DNA of 64,000 nucleotides from Chitinophaga pinensis (GCA_945865625.1 CAMBFD010000001.1:34559-98558); one strand, 5' to 3'; positions 10,032-21,303 are shown, counted from the stretch's first letter. Made by a program: numbers and translations. The notes: a model not told the origin generated them from the letters alone.

Positions 10032-11606
10032 ATGTACGAATCGGAAATTGCCAAGAGAAAAACATTTGCTATCATTTCACATCCAGATGCAGGGAAAACG
10101 ACTTTAACAGAGAAGTTTTTATTATTTGGAGGACAAATTCAAACAGCTGGTGCCGTAAAGTCAAATAAAATTACGAAAACTGCGGCTTCAGATTTTATGG
10201 AAATTGAAAAGCAAAGAGGTATTTCGGTGGCAACTTCTGTAATGACATTTCCCTACAAAGAAAAATGGGTGAACATTCTCGATACGCCTGGGCACAAAGA
10301 TTTCGCTGAAGATACCTACAGGACGCTTACAGCGGTAGATAGTGTAATTCTTGTCATTGATTGTGTTAAAGGGGTAGAAGAGCAAACTGAGCGCCTGATG
10401 GAGGTTTGTAGAATGCGCAAAACGCCTGTGATTGTATTTATCAATAAAATGGATCGCGATGGTAAAGATCCTTTCGATTTATTGGATGAATTGGAAGAGA
10501 AATTGAACATTGGTGTGCATCCATTGAGTTGGCCAATTAATGGTGGTCGAGATTTTAAAGGGGTTTATTTGTTGCATAATAAAACTCTGAATTTATTTGA
10601 AAGTAGCAAAACCAAAAAATCCGATGATTTAATTGAGATTGCAGGTGTAAACGATTCGAAATTAGATGAATTGCTCACTGCTAAAGATGTATCTAAACTC
10701 AGAGAAGATGTAGAGCTCATTGAAGGCGTCTATGGCGATTTAGATATGGAATACTACTTGGATGCTCAAATAGCGCCGGTGTTTTTTGGTTCTGCCTTAA
10801 ATAACTTCGGTATTCAAGAGTTGCTAGATACGTTTGTAGACATTGCCCCAAATCCGCTTCCAAGGCCAACGTCCCTCAGAGAAGTTGCGCCAAATGAGAA
10901 TAAATTTTCAGGTTTTATTTTCAAAATTCACGCCAATTTAGACCCGAAACACAGAGATAGAATTGCCTTTTTACGCGTTTGCTCTGGTAAGTTCGAGAGA
11001 AATAAAAATTATAAGCATGTTCGACTTGAAAAGCAATTCAAGTTTGCAAATCCATATTTGTTTTTAGCACAGTCTAAAGAAGTGATGAACGATGCTTACC
11101 CTGGCGATGTGGTTGGTTTATACGATACTGGTAACTTTAAAATTGGAGATACGCTTACCGAAGGAGAAAACTTTACGTATAAAGGAATTCCTAGTTTTTC
11201 ACCAGAGATTTTTAAAGAATTAATCAATCTAGACCCAATGAAAAGTAAGCAACTAGAGAAAGGAATTCAGCAATTAACCGATGAAGGTTTGGCGAGCTTG
11301 TTTGTTCAAGAACCTGGTAGTCGTAAATTCGTTGGTACCGTTGGTGAACTTCAATTTGAGGTTTTACAATACCGTTTGGAGCATGAATACAATGCGAAAT
11401 GTAGGTTCGAACCAAGGGTTATTCATAAAGCTTGTTGGATGACGGGTTCAGAATCGGAATTGAAAGATTTTATGAAATACCGTCAACAAAATATTGCGTT
11501 TGATAAAGATGGACGACCTGTGTTTTTAGCTGAAACTGCATTTATTTTGAGAACTGCTATTGATAAATATCCGGATATTGAATTCCACACAACCAGCGAG
11601 CACTAG
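10032..11606 (+). CDS. prfC: Peptide chain release factor 3
   Basis: 524 aa. GTPase motif [13 protein letters not shown] and RF3 domain order. Confidence 0.9.
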   Translation: MYESEIAKRKTFAIISHPDAGKTTLTEKFLLFGGQIQTAGAVKSNKITKTAASDFMEIEKQRGISVATSVMTFPYKEKWVNILDTPGHKDFAEDTYRTLTAVDSVILVIDCVKGVEEQTERLMEVCRMRKTPVIVFINKMDRDGKDPFDLLDELEEKLNIGVHPLSWPINGGRDFKGVYLLHNKTLNLFESSKTKKSDDLIEIAGVNDSKLDELLTAKDVSKLREDVELIEGVYGDLDMEYYLDAQIAPVFFGSALNNFGIQELLDTFVDIAPNPLPRPTSLREVAPNENKFSGFIFKIHANLDPKHRDRIAFLRVCSGKFERNKNYKHVRLEKQFKFANPYLFLAQSKEVMNDAYPGDVVGLYDTGNFKIGDTLTEGENFTYKGIPSFSPEIFKELINLDPMKSKQLEKGIQQLTDEGLASLFVQEPGSRKFVGTVGELQFEVLQYRLEHEYNAKCRFEPRVIHKACWMTGSESELKDFMKYRQQNIAFDKDGRPVFLAETAFILRTAIDKYPDIEFHTTSEH

Positions 11607-11614
11607 TTCTAGAA

Positions 11615-12562
11615 TTAAATTCGGTACATATATCCAACTCCAAATACCCAGCTATTCTGCCAAGCAGAAGCACCTGGTTTCACTAAATCTTTATCGAAAA
11701 TCGCAATTAACGTATAGTTGAAGTTGAAATGTTTGGTAATTTTAGCCACGATACTTAAATCTATACGACTATCTAATAGGGGTCTCGAAGATTGATAAGG
11801 CAAGAATCCCAAATAGTTAAATTTAGCCAAAATTACTTTGTTTAAATCTAAATATTTTGTTGCCCCCATTTGAACCTGCATTCCAAATTCATTGTCAACG
11901 TATTTCCCTTTTTGTACCCTTGCAATGACATCTTCTTGACGGGTTTCGTAAAGCTGTTGATTAATTAAATAAGTTTGTTTTAAGGTAACATATCCTAAAC
12001 GCACATAATAATCTTGTCCAAATTTATTCTCCGTACCAATCGCCACTTGCGCTTGTCCTTGGCTTAAAAAGCTCGTAGTTAATGTTTTGACTTCTCTCCC
12101 AATGGGGTCTTTACGATAAACAAAACCAGGTAGAATTTGAGTTTGAAAATTCAATCCGCCATAAATAGATAAAGATGGATATTCTGGGAATTCATGACCA
12201 AATTTACTATCTAGGAAAAAGTTGTCAATATTTTTGCGTGTACTCCAAAACCCGGATCCGAAAATATCGCTTTGTTGGTTTGCAATCACGCCTAAATTTA
12301 ATTTTAGAGAATTATCCCAGCTCATTTTATCTTTTTTAAGGTTTGCAAAAGCGTTAATCATTCCGGTAATTGTAACGTTATTCGATGCACCACTTGTCCA
12401 GTTGGGCGATGAGTTTGCCAATGAGAAATTCAATTTAAAATCAGCTCCATAAAACCATGTACGTTTGAAAGTGCTATCCTTTTGGATTGACAAATTCTGA
12501 TTATTTGGCAATGTAGGAGGCACAATGGTTGAGAGTGCAGAAAAAAGTATTGAATGCAGCAT
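11615..12562 (-). CDS. Bacteroidota-specific outer-membrane beta-barrel-like protein (DUF3078-like)
   Basis: Start trimmed to the internal Met (MLHSILFSALS..., signal peptide). Alternating hydrophobic pattern and aromatic-rich C-terminus. Family assignment is from memory and is weak. Confidence 0.4.
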   Translation of the reverse strand: MLHSILFSALSTIVPPTLPNNQNLSIQKDSTFKRTWFYGADFKLNFSLANSSPNWTSGASNNVTITGMINAFANLKKDKMSWDNSLKLNLGVIANQQSDIFGSGFWSTRKNIDNFFLDSKFGHEFPEYPSLSIYGGLNFQTQILPGFVYRKDPIGREVKTLTTSFLSQGQAQVAIGTENKFGQDYYVRLGYVTLKQTYLINQQLYETRQEDVIARVQKGKYVDNEFGMQVQMGATKYLDLNKVILAKFNYLGFLPYQSSRPLLDSRIDLSIVAKITKHFNFNYTLIAIFDKDLVKPGASAWQNSWVFGVGYMYRI

Positions 12563-12633
12563 TCTAAAATGAGTGATACAAAGTTGATATATTAAAATTA
12601 AAAAAATGCAAAGAGGCTTTCCACAAATGTGAA

Positions 12634-12672
12634 TTGCAAAAAAAAAACCGCCCATTGGGCGGTTTTTCGTGT
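12634..12672 (-). terminator. Rho-independent terminator downstream of sucC
   Basis: AAACCGCCCA-TT-GGGCGGTTT hairpin followed (minus strand) by a run of 9-10 U. Confidence 0.55.
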
Positions 12673-12687
12673 TTGTTATAAATTTAT

Positions 12688-13914
12688 TTAAGCGCTTAAG
12701 TTGCCATTAAGTACTTTTTCAACAATTTCAGCAGCTTCTTGAAGCGCAATTGCAGAATATACTTTTAAACCACTCTCGTCGATAATTCTTTTTGCTTCTT
12801 CAGCATTTGTACCTTGTAAACGAACAATGATAGGGATTTGAACATCGCCAATTTTACGGTAAGCTTCCACAACACCATTTGCAACTCTATCGCAACGCAC
12901 AATACCACCAAAGATATTGATTAAAATTGCTTTTACGTTAGGATCGCTCATGATAATTCTAAAGCCAGCTTCAACAGTTTCAGCGTTAGCAGTACCTCCA
13001 ACATCTAGGAAGTTCGCAGGTTCACCACCACTTAATTTGATAATATCCATTGTTGCCATAGCCAAACCAGCTCCGTTCACCATACAGCCAACGTTACCAT
13101 CGAGTTTTACATAGTTAAGGTTGTATTTACCCGCTTCAACTTCAGTAGGATCTTCTTCCGCTAAATCGCGCAATTCTAAGAAGTCCTTATGGCGGTAAAG
13201 TGCGTTGTCATCTAAATTTACTTTAGCATCAACTGCAATAATTTTATCGTCAGAAGTTTTCAAAACAGGATTGATTTCAAACATCGCAGAATCAGTTTCA
13301 TCATAAGCTCTATACAATGCGCTAACGAATGCAACCATTTCTTTGAATGCTTTTCCTTCAAGTCCTAGGTTAAAGGCAATTTTACGCGCTTGGAAAGGCT
13401 GTAAACCAGTACCAGGGTTAACCCACTCTCTGTGGATTTTTTCTGGGTGATTTTCTGCAACCTCTTCAATATCCATTCCGCCTTCAGTGGTGTAAATAAT
13501 TACATTTTGTTTTTTCTGACGGTCCAGAAGTACACTCATGTAGTATTCTTTTGGTTCGTTTGGTCCTGGATAAAATACGTCTTGAGCAACCAATACTTTA
13601 CTTACAACTTTGCCTGCAGCACCAGTTTGGATTGTCACCAAAGTGCCACCTAACATATTTGCCGCAATTTCAGCTGCTTGATCAGCTGATTTCGCCACTT
13701 GTACTCCACGTTGCTCAGAGCCTTGGATTTTGCCTTTACCTCTTCCTCCAGCATGGATTTGTGCTTTTACAACACACCAACCACTGTCGAATTCAGTTTT
13801 TACACGCTCAGCAGCTTCTTTTGCTTGCTCTGGAGATTCTGCAACAAATCCATTTTGTACGGCAACGCCATATTTTTTTAAGATTTCTTTTGCTTGATAT
13901 TCATGAATGTTCAT
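12688..13914 (-). CDS. sucC: Succinate--CoA ligase (ADP-forming) beta subunit
   Basis: 408 aa. N-terminus [20 protein letters not shown]-grasp fold plus CoA-ligase domain. Confidence 0.9.
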   Translation of the reverse strand: MNIHEYQAKEILKKYGVAVQNGFVAESPEQAKEAAERVKTEFDSGWCVVKAQIHAGGRGKGKIQGSEQRGVQVAKSADQAAEIAANMLGGTLVTIQTGAAGKVVSKVLVAQDVFYPGPNEPKEYYMSVLLDRQKKQNVIIYTTEGGMDIEEVAENHPEKIHREWVNPGTGLQPFQARKIAFNLGLEGKAFKEMVAFVSALYRAYDETDSAMFEINPVLKTSDDKIIAVDAKVNLDDNALYRHKDFLELRDLAEEDPTEVEAGKYNLNYVKLDGNVGCMVNGAGLAMATMDIIKLSGGEPANFLDVGGTANAETVEAGFRIIMSDPNVKAILINIFGGIVRCDRVANGVVEAYRKIGDVQIPIIVRLQGTNAEEAKRIIDESGLKVYSAIALQEAAEIVEKVLNGNLSA

Positions 13915-13997
13915 AAGATCTTTTACGGATGATTTGCTATTTCAGCTGCAAAAATAACTAACTTTGAGCCCATTACATCAAAAATATTTTAAACAAA

Positions 13998-14648
13998 GTG
14001 ATTTCTTGTAAAAATCTTCAAAAAAGTTACAACGAACTAAGTGTTCTTAAAGGAATTGATTTAGAAATCAATGAAAAAGAAATTGTATGCATTACCGGTG
14101 AAAGTGGTGCAGGGAAGAGTACATTGTTGCAAATTTTAGGTACTTTAGACAAACCTACAAGTGGAGAAGTGTTTTTTAAACAATTAAATATTTCAATTCT
14201 CAAGGGCAATGAATTGGCAGATTTTAGGAATAAAAACATCGGATTTGTATTTCAATTTCATCAGCTTGTGCCGGAGTTTTCGGCCATTGAAAATGTAATT
14301 GTACCCATGCTTATTGCCAATAAATCAATGTCAGAATCTAAAAAAGCAGCAACAGAAATTTTAACATATTTGGGTTTAGGTGATCGATTAACCCATAAAC
14401 CTTCTCAATTGTCGGGCGGTGAGCAACAGCGCGTTGCAATTGCAAGGGCTTTAATTATGAATCCAAAAGTGATTTTAGCTGATGAACCAAGTGGGAATTT
14501 AGATTCAAAAAACGCCAAATTTATTCATGAATTGTTTTTTAAAATGCGCGATGATTTCGGATTAACGTTTATCATCGTTACACACAATCCAGAATTAGCC
14601 CAAATGGCCGACCGTCAAATTGTGTTAAAAGATGGTGATTTGGCATAA
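13998..14648 (+). CDS. lolD: ABC transporter ATP-binding protein, LolD/MacB-ATPase-like
   Basis: 216 aa. Walker A GESGAGKST, signature LSGGEQQRVAIARAL, Walker B ILADEP. Confidence 0.75.
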   Translation: MISCKNLQKSYNELSVLKGIDLEINEKEIVCITGESGAGKSTLLQILGTLDKPTSGEVFFKQLNISILKGNELADFRNKNIGFVFQFHQLVPEFSAIENVIVPMLIANKSMSESKKAATEILTYLGLGDRLTHKPSQLSGGEQQRVAIARALIMNPKVILADEPSGNLDSKNAKFIHELFFKMRDDFGLTFIIVTHNPELAQMADRQIVLKDGDLA

Positions 14649-14651
14649 AAA

Positions 14652-14690
14652 AAAGACCAGTAAAAACCGGTCTTCTTTTCATTTATATAC
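14652..14690. terminator. Bidirectional terminator-like hairpin between convergent genes
   Basis: GACCAGT-AAAA-ACCGGTC stem with one mismatch, flanked by A-run and T-run. Confidence 0.4.
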
Positions 14691-14699
14691 CAGGAACAA

Positions 14700-15854
14700 T
14701 TAGTCTCTCAATACTTCTCTTGCTTTACCATTCCAACCTACAGAGATTCCATAACGCAATCCTGTTGTGCTCGGAATGAAAAATAAGTTAACCGGTAAAT
14801 TCAATTTTCCTGAACGGAAAGTTTTACCTAAAGCAAATAAAAATCCTGTTGAAATTTGAGTGCTTCCTCTCGAATCAGGTAATTCAATAACAGTTTTATT
14901 GTTTGCTTTTGCTTCATCTACCAAGCTCTTACCCGTGGTAGGTTCAATGATGAAATTTCCTTTCCCATCGTCGTATCCCGTAGCGTATTTGCTTAAACTA
15001 AAGTTTGGACCAAAAGCAAATTCCCAACCATTCATGTTATTGCGAATACCATTTAAAAAGTTAATACTTGGAATAAATCTTCCTTGATCTAATCCGGTAA
15101 TCATCGGTACAAACTCAAATAATGCCTGAAAATTGCCTTCGTTCAAATATTGCTTTTCAAACTGATACCCAAATTGGAACATCGTTGCAACATTTCCATA
15201 ACCACCAGCATATCCGCCTTTAACTTCAGGATTTGTTAATACATTTGCCCCGTAACCAGTTAAAAACACCAGCCCCATTCTCGGACCGTCATTTTGCAAA
15301 CGCAATTCATAAGGATTGTTAATGGAATTGTCTAATTCTGATTTTTTGGTCAATTTATTCACAACGTCTTGGTCGTTTGGCAATCCAAACATTTCATTCA
15401 AAACAATGCGCAGCATAGGAAATTCGTTCCCCTGAATTAATAAAAATTCGCGGGTGCTCATTTTTTCAAAAACACCCTTTTCAACGTCTAAGACTCTAAA
15501 AGTTACAGCTAAACTTGTACCAAGTTCAGCAATCGATCCAGTGATCAGTTTTTTAACTTTTAATTTTTTACCAACTTCCTGTAAACATGCTTTTGCAAAG
15601 CAACCCGATAATTTAATTGTATCTTTTTTCGCAAGATATTCTAAGTCGTATTTGTCCATTACTTCATACTGACCAACTCTAATAAGTTCATTTGATATGA
15701 ATTGAATCACTTGTTGCTGATTCATTGCGTGCGCTCTTGAATCAAAATCGATGACTGCAATACTTGGTTTCACGCTTTCTTGAGCGTTTGACACAGTAGC
15801 TCCCATAAACATAAACGAGAATAGGAAAATTGAATTTAGGAATATTTTTTTCAT
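14700..15854 (-). CDS. Hypothetical secreted/outer-membrane protein (N-terminal LpoB/CsgG-like region, C-terminal beta-rich region)
   Basis: Start probably at internal MKKIF (signal peptide ...ATVSNAQES). Gly/Tyr/Phe-rich alternating C-terminal half suggests a beta-barrel. Confidence 0.4.
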   Translation of the reverse strand: MKKIFLNSIFLFSFMFMGATVSNAQESVKPSIAVIDFDSRAHAMNQQQVIQFISNELIRVGQYEVMDKYDLEYLAKKDTIKLSGCFAKACLQEVGKKLKVKKLITGSIAELGTSLAVTFRVLDVEKGVFEKMSTREFLLIQGNEFPMLRIVLNEMFGLPNDQDVVNKLTKKSELDNSINNPYELRLQNDGPRMGLVFLTGYGANVLTNPEVKGGYAGGYGNVATMFQFGYQFEKQYLNEGNFQALFEFVPMITGLDQGRFIPSINFLNGIRNNMNGWEFAFGPNFSLSKYATGYDDGKGNFIIEPTTGKSLVDEAKANNKTVIELPDSRGSTQISTGFLFALGKTFRSGKLNLPVNLFFIPSTTGLRYGISVGWNGKAREVLRD

Positions 15855-16077
15855 AATTGATTTAACATATTTGTGATGCAAATTTGAACTTTAATTTCTC
15901 TAAATACAAATATTAATTTATTTGTAATAGTCGAAAAAATACATTTGTATTGTGTAAGTTATAGTTTTTAGACTGTTTTATATGGTAGTCTCGTAAATTT
16001 TAGGAGTTGATACGAATATTTTACGGAATAGCCTTAAAACGAATTGTAATGATTACGGAAAAACCCAAAAAATAAAT

Positions 16078-17070
16078 ATGACAGAGAGAAAATTTCAATT
16101 GGCATTTGTTGAATTGTTGAAAAATTCAATTCCATCCCATCTAAATTTAGCGGAAGAGTTAAGTAGTCGAATGTCAATGAGTTTAGATAGTGTATACAGA
16201 AGATTGAGATGCGAAACCGATTTCTCATTAGAAGAAACAATGAGTATTTCAGCTCAATTCAATATTTCTATCACACATTTGCTTACAAACGAATCTAATT
16301 TAGTTTCATTCAGAGCAAATTCACTCAATACGGAAGCCAATATGTTTGCCGAATATCTGAGAGTTCTTCATGAAGATCTATCATGGATTAGTCATTCGCC
16401 TGAAGCAAGTGTTACCTATGCAGCTGAAGATTTACCCGTATTCTATCATTTCTTTTTTCCTGAATTGGCCCGTTTTAAAATGGTTTATTGGAATAAATCA
16501 ATCCTCAATGTAAATCAATTTCAAGGATTGAGCGTTGAAGATGTGATATTGCCCGCAACATGGATATCTGAAATAGCAAAAGTGAGAGAATCTTTTTTGA
16601 ATATACCATCAATCGAAATTTGGCATGAAGACACCCTAAAAAGCACCATCAAGCAAATTCAATTTTACTGGGCCGCTGGCTATTTTAAAGAACGTCAGAC
16701 TATTTTGAATATTCTTCAGGAACTTGAAGGATTGATTGAAATGGTTAAAAAACAAGCTGAAAATGGATTGAAATACAACCCAATTACAAAAGAATTTTCA
16801 AAAATGAGCTATACTTTATACTCTTGCGATTTGATGATTGGAAATAATTGCGTTTTTTTGAAGTCTGTTAATAAAACTGCGACCTATCTCGGATATAATT
16901 CTTTTAATTTTATCCAAACAAAAAATGACGCATTTAACATTCAAGTGGATGGTTGGCTGAATAACCTGATGTCTAAAAGCGACATGGTGAGTCAAATATC
17001 TGAACGTGTTAGAAATCAATTTTTTAGGTCTATGCAGTCTAACATCGACAGATTGAAAACCCAAATTTAA
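16078..17070 (+). CDS. Hypothetical protein with N-terminal helix-turn-helix-like segment
   Basis: 330 aa. Residues ~20-50 (LNLAEELSSRMSMSLDSVYRRLRCETDFSLEE) resemble an AraC/XRE-type HTH. The remainder is uncharacterized. Stop is 2 nt before the RecQ-family start. Confidence 0.4.
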   Translation: MTERKFQLAFVELLKNSIPSHLNLAEELSSRMSMSLDSVYRRLRCETDFSLEETMSISAQFNISITHLLTNESNLVSFRANSLNTEANMFAEYLRVLHEDLSWISHSPEASVTYAAEDLPVFYHFFFPELARFKMVYWNKSILNVNQFQGLSVEDVILPATWISEIAKVRESFLNIPSIEIWHEDTLKSTIKQIQFYWAAGYFKERQTILNILQELEGLIEMVKKQAENGLKYNPITKEFSKMSYTLYSCDLMIGNNCVFLKSVNKTATYLGYNSFNFIQTKNDAFNIQVDGWLNNLMSKSDMVSQISERVRNQFFRSMQSNIDRLKTQI

Positions 17071-17072
17071 CC

Positions 17073-18959
17073 ATGAACTTAACGCCTGAAGAAACGCTTT
17101 TAAAATATTGGAATTACAAGGCGTTCAGGCCAGGGCAGCTTGAAATTGTTCAGTCAATTTTAAATCAAAATGATGTGCTCGCACTTCTGCCTACCGGCGG
17201 TGGTAAGAGTATTTGCTTTCAAGTTCCGGCTTTAATTCTTGGTGGATTGACCCTTGTTGTATCGCCTTTGATTGCTTTGATGAAAGACCAAGTTGATGGA
17301 CTTAAAAGCAAAGGAATTACGGCAACATACATCCATAGTGGATTGGCATGGACAGAAATCAAACAAATCTTAGAGAATGCCCTTCAAGGTCATTATCAAA
17401 TGTTGTATGTTTCTCCTGAGCGACTTACCTCGTCTAATTTTGAGGGATATTTGCTGAATTTGCCCATTAAATTGCTCGTTGTTGATGAAGCTCACTGTGT
17501 TTCTATGTGGGGAAAAGATTTTCGTCCCTCATTTTTAAGAATTGCTTCGGTACGCCAATTGTTGCCCAAAGTTCCAGTTTGTGCATTTACCGCGAGTGCA
17601 CCCGAATGGATTCAGGAGGAAATTATTTCAGGTCTCGAACTTAATCAAGTTAAAATACATCAAGGTTCATTTGAACGAAATAATCTCGTTTTTTATGCCA
17701 TTGATACCGAAAATAAAAGCGGAATATTACTCAATTCCCTCAAAAAAACAGAAGGTTGCAGCATCGTTTTTTCAAATACGCGAAAAGAAGTTCAGGAAAT
17801 AGCTAGATTTTTAGATAAAAACAATGTTTCAGCACATTTTTATCACGGGGGTTTGGATTCTGATACAAGATCTCGCAGGCAACAAGATTGGATTCAAAAT
17901 AAAGTTCGCGTAATGGTTTGTACCAATGCATTTGGAATGGGCGTTGATAAACCAGATGTTCGTTATGTGTATCATTTAATGCCATCTGCAACGCCTGAAG
18001 ATTATTACCAAGAGGCGGGTAGGGCTGGAAGAGATGGACAAACGAGTTATTGTATTTTACTCCATCAAAAAAGTGATTGGAAACAACTTTTTAAACATGT
18101 TGAAAATCAACATCCCGATGAAAAATCATGCCTACGCGGTTACCATGCAATAATGAATCAGCTGGGTATCGCACCTGGTTATGGAGAGCAAATGTCTTTC
18201 CCTGTTGATTTTCAGGCAATTAGTGACTATTATAAACTCCCTATGTTTGAACTTTATTTTGCTGCAAAATCTTTGGAATCTATGGGACAATGGCTTTTAA
18301 ATGAAGGTATTAAAAGTCCTTCAAGGGTAAAATTTATCACTGATTTTCAAACAGTTTATGATTTTAAACTGCGATATGAAATTTATGAGCCCATTATTGA
18401 TGTTTTATTAAGGTCTTTCGGAGGGATATTCGACGCACATGCCGTTATTCATGAAATACAATTGGCGAAAAGGGTACGTGCCACCGAAAACCAAGTGATT
18501 CAATGGTTAATGCATCTTCAAAAATCTCGGCTGATTGATTATGTTCAAAGGACCGATGCCCCATTAATCACACTCATTGAACCGCGAAGTATGTATCCCT
18601 CATTAAATATGAATATCATTCAAGAGTTGAAAGCTAGGAGATTACAGTCGGTGCAAAAGATGGAACTTTACTCAGGGAGCATAGAATGTAGATCTGCGTT
18701 TTGGATCAAACATTTTACGAATCAGCAAAGTATTCCCTGTGGTAAATGTGATAATTGTAAAAAATTTAACATAAAGCCTACCGAAATAGAAATTGAAGTA
18801 GATATATTTCAACGATTAAAATCACCCATTTTATTCGATTCATTTGTGCTGAACATTCCCTTTGAATTTCAGAAAGAATATCTTCATGTTTTGAATAATT
18901 TATTAGATCACGAAAAAGTTCAAAAAACGGAAAATAATGAATTAATTTTGAGCACTTGA
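17073..18959 (+). CDS. RecQ-family ATP-dependent DNA helicase (short 628-aa paralog)
   Basis: Motif I LPTGGGKSICFQ, motif II VVDEAHCVSMWGKDFRP, motif VI QEAGRAGRDG. C-terminal Cys cluster CGKCDNCKK. Confidence 0.8.
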   Translation: MNLTPEETLLKYWNYKAFRPGQLEIVQSILNQNDVLALLPTGGGKSICFQVPALILGGLTLVVSPLIALMKDQVDGLKSKGITATYIHSGLAWTEIKQILENALQGHYQMLYVSPERLTSSNFEGYLLNLPIKLLVVDEAHCVSMWGKDFRPSFLRIASVRQLLPKVPVCAFTASAPEWIQEEIISGLELNQVKIHQGSFERNNLVFYAIDTENKSGILLNSLKKTEGCSIVFSNTRKEVQEIARFLDKNNVSAHFYHGGLDSDTRSRRQQDWIQNKVRVMVCTNAFGMGVDKPDVRYVYHLMPSATPEDYYQEAGRAGRDGQTSYCILLHQKSDWKQLFKHVENQHPDEKSCLRGYHAIMNQLGIAPGYGEQMSFPVDFQAISDYYKLPMFELYFAAKSLESMGQWLLNEGIKSPSRVKFITDFQTVYDFKLRYEIYEPIIDVLLRSFGGIFDAHAVIHEIQLAKRVRATENQVIQWLMHLQKSRLIDYVQRTDAPLITLIEPRSMYPSLNMNIIQELKARRLQSVQKMELYSGSIECRSAFWIKHFTNQQSIPCGKCDNCKKFNIKPTEIEIEVDIFQRLKSPILFDSFVLNIPFEFQKEYLHVLNNLLDHEKVQKTENNELILST

Positions 18960-20062
18960 AAATCATTTTTACTGTTACCAACGATTTAAATTACGATCAA
19001 CGAATGATCAGAATTTGCACAACCTTGTCGGAGAACGGGTATAATGTGTTGTTGGTTGGTCGTAAAATGAAATCATCTCAAGATTTAAAAATTAAGCCAT
19101 TCAAGCAACATCGAATCCCCTGCATTTTCAAATCAGGTAAATTATTTTACATCGAATACAATTTGAAATTGCTGTTTTACCTATTATTTAAAACCGCTGA
19201 TATTTATTGTGGAATTGATTTAGATACGTGTATTCCAACACTTTTGGCTGCAAGAATAAAAGGCAAACAACATTATTACGATGCCCATGAATTGTTTCCA
19301 TATGTTCCAGAAGTCATCAATCGAAAATTAGTTCAAAAGTTTTGGCTGAGGGTTGAGAAAATTGTCTTTCAATATTCCAATAAAGTGTATACTGTGAGCA
19401 GTGCAATTGCAAATTGGTTTGAAGAAAAATATCAAAAGCCTGTTTTTTTGGTGAGAAATATGCCAAACTTATTTGCCGATGCAATTGAAATCAATTCACC
19501 CAAATTAGATCAACTCCCCGAAGGTAAATTTATTCTCTACCAAGGAGCGCTGAATGAGTGTCGTGGCATTGAACTTTTATTAGATGCATTGGTCAATACA
19601 AATTATCAATTGGTGCTTGTGGGGGAAGGCGATTTAAGTTCGCTTCTGAGAGAAAAAGTATGCAGCTTAGGGTTGAACAATCAAGTTCATTTTTTAGGAT
19701 TTGTAATTCCTGCTGAATTACCTTCAATCACAAAACGTGCTTTTATTGGTTATAATGTGAGTCAAAATATGGGCCTAAGTTATTATTATTCATTGAATAA
19801 TAAGTTTTTCGACTATGTGGGATGTGAGTTGCCTTCTGTGATAAATGATTTCCCTGAATATTCGAAATTACTGTCGGAATATCAAGTGGGGTTGATTTCA
19901 GATTATACGATTGAATCTGTAAGAGCACAATTGGATACACTATATCAAGACGAAAATATTTATTTGAAAATAAAAACTCAATGTAAATTGGCTAAAATAA
20001 AATGGAATTGGCAGGAAGAATCAAAACAACTTTTAAAACTTTACCCTCACCATGAAAGATAA
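18956..20062 (+). CDS. Glycosyltransferase (GT4-like)
   Basis: 368 aa. GT-B fold features. Starts 4 nt before the RecQ-family stop. Confidence 0.55.
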   Translation: MKIIFTVTNDLNYDQRMIRICTTLSENGYNVLLVGRKMKSSQDLKIKPFKQHRIPCIFKSGKLFYIEYNLKLLFYLLFKTADIYCGIDLDTCIPTLLAARIKGKQHYYDAHELFPYVPEVINRKLVQKFWLRVEKIVFQYSNKVYTVSSAIANWFEEKYQKPVFLVRNMPNLFADAIEINSPKLDQLPEGKFILYQGALNECRGIELLLDALVNTNYQLVLVGEGDLSSLLREKVCSLGLNNQVHFLGFVIPAELPSITKRAFIGYNVSQNMGLSYYYSLNNKFFDYVGCELPSVINDFPEYSKLLSEYQVGLISDYTIESVRAQLDTLYQDENIYLKIKTQCKLAKIKWNWQEESKQLLKLYPHHER

Positions 20063-21191
20063 AAATGTAAATCATTTACATGTGATTGCTTTCGATATGC
20101 CCTTTCCTCCAAATTATGGTGGTTCTACCGACATGTATTTTAAATTGGTTGAACTGCAAAAATTCGGGATTAATGTTACCCTTCATGTATTTTTGTATGA
20201 TGGGAAAACTGCAGCTCCTGAATTGAATGAGGTTACATATAAAACAATTTATTATAGCCGAAAGCGAAACAAAAATCCTTTAATTGGAAAGCTACCTTAC
20301 ATTGTAAAAACCCGAAAAAATAAGGAATTGTTTCAAAATTTATTAACTGATAATGCGCCTATTTTATTTGAGGGACTTCATACAACATATTACATGAATC
20401 ACCCGAAGTTGCAACATCGCATTCGAGTGGTTAGAGCACACAATGTAGAGCATCATTATTATGCGGCTTTAAATGAAGCGGAGGATCACTGGCTGAAAAA
20501 GATTTTTTTCAAAATTGAGGCTAAGAAACTTAAAGAATATGAACATGTGTTGCAGCATGCGGATGGAATTGCTGGAATTTCTCCCTCTGAAACTAAATAT
20601 TTCAATGCAACGTATGGGAAGACCCAATACATTCCGGCATTTCATTCAAATAATGATGTCGTTTGTAGAATTGGTTCCGGTGATTTTGTTTTGTACCATG
20701 GAAACTTATCTGTTCCTGAGAACAATCGTGCAGCGCTATTTTTAGCAGAAGAAGTTTTTCCTAAATTAAATTTTCCGTGTATTATTTCTGGAAGCAATCC
20801 ATCGGCAAAGCTCATTAAAGCAGTTTCTAAATACAATCATATTTCATTGAAAGCCAATATTTCAACTTCTGAAATATTGGAGCTTATTGAATCGGCTCAT
20901 GTGAATGCTATGATTACATTTCAATCAACGGGTATTAAATTAAAGTTGTTAAATTCGCTATACCGGGGAAGATTTGTGGTTGCAAATTATGCAATGGTAG
21001 ACCAAACTCAATTAGAAGAACTTTGCGCAATTAGCGATTCTGCGGAAGGCATTGTTTCTGAAATAAACCAGTGTTTTAAAAGAGATTTTTCAATTGAACA
21101 TCAAGCAGATAGAAAGCGTGTGTTGATTGATTTATTCGACAATTCTTCCAATGCCTTAAAGTTGGCAAAAATGCTAAAATTGATGCCGTAA
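20052..21191 (+). CDS. Glycosyltransferase family 1 (mannosyltransferase-like)
   Basis: 379 aa. GT-B fold with EX7E-like C-terminal region. Overlaps the upstream GT by 11 nt. Confidence 0.55.
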   Translation: MKDKNVNHLHVIAFDMPFPPNYGGSTDMYFKLVELQKFGINVTLHVFLYDGKTAAPELNEVTYKTIYYSRKRNKNPLIGKLPYIVKTRKNKELFQNLLTDNAPILFEGLHTTYYMNHPKLQHRIRVVRAHNVEHHYYAALNEAEDHWLKKIFFKIEAKKLKEYEHVLQHADGIAGISPSETKYFNATYGKTQYIPAFHSNNDVVCRIGSGDFVLYHGNLSVPENNRAALFLAEEVFPKLNFPCIISGSNPSAKLIKAVSKYNHISLKANISTSEILELIESAHVNAMITFQSTGIKLKLLNSLYRGRFVVANYAMVDQTQLEELCAISDSAEGIVSEINQCFKRDFSIEHQADRKRVLIDLFDNSSNALKLAKMLKLMP

Positions 21192-21303
21192 TTTTTGTTT
21201 TTAAGACTCGTAAATTTCGAATCTGTACATTTATTCATTCACTCACGTGAAGTGTTAAGAAGTGCTTCGCTCGAGTCATGCAGAGGTTCGTACATTTGAA
21301 AGT

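Noticed and set aside
13551-13916. 121-aa ORF on the + strand inside sucC (also 12917-13114 and 13432-13653)
   Set aside because: Fully antisense to a strongly supported sucC coding sequence. Gln/Leu-rich, low-complexity translation typical of shadow ORFs.
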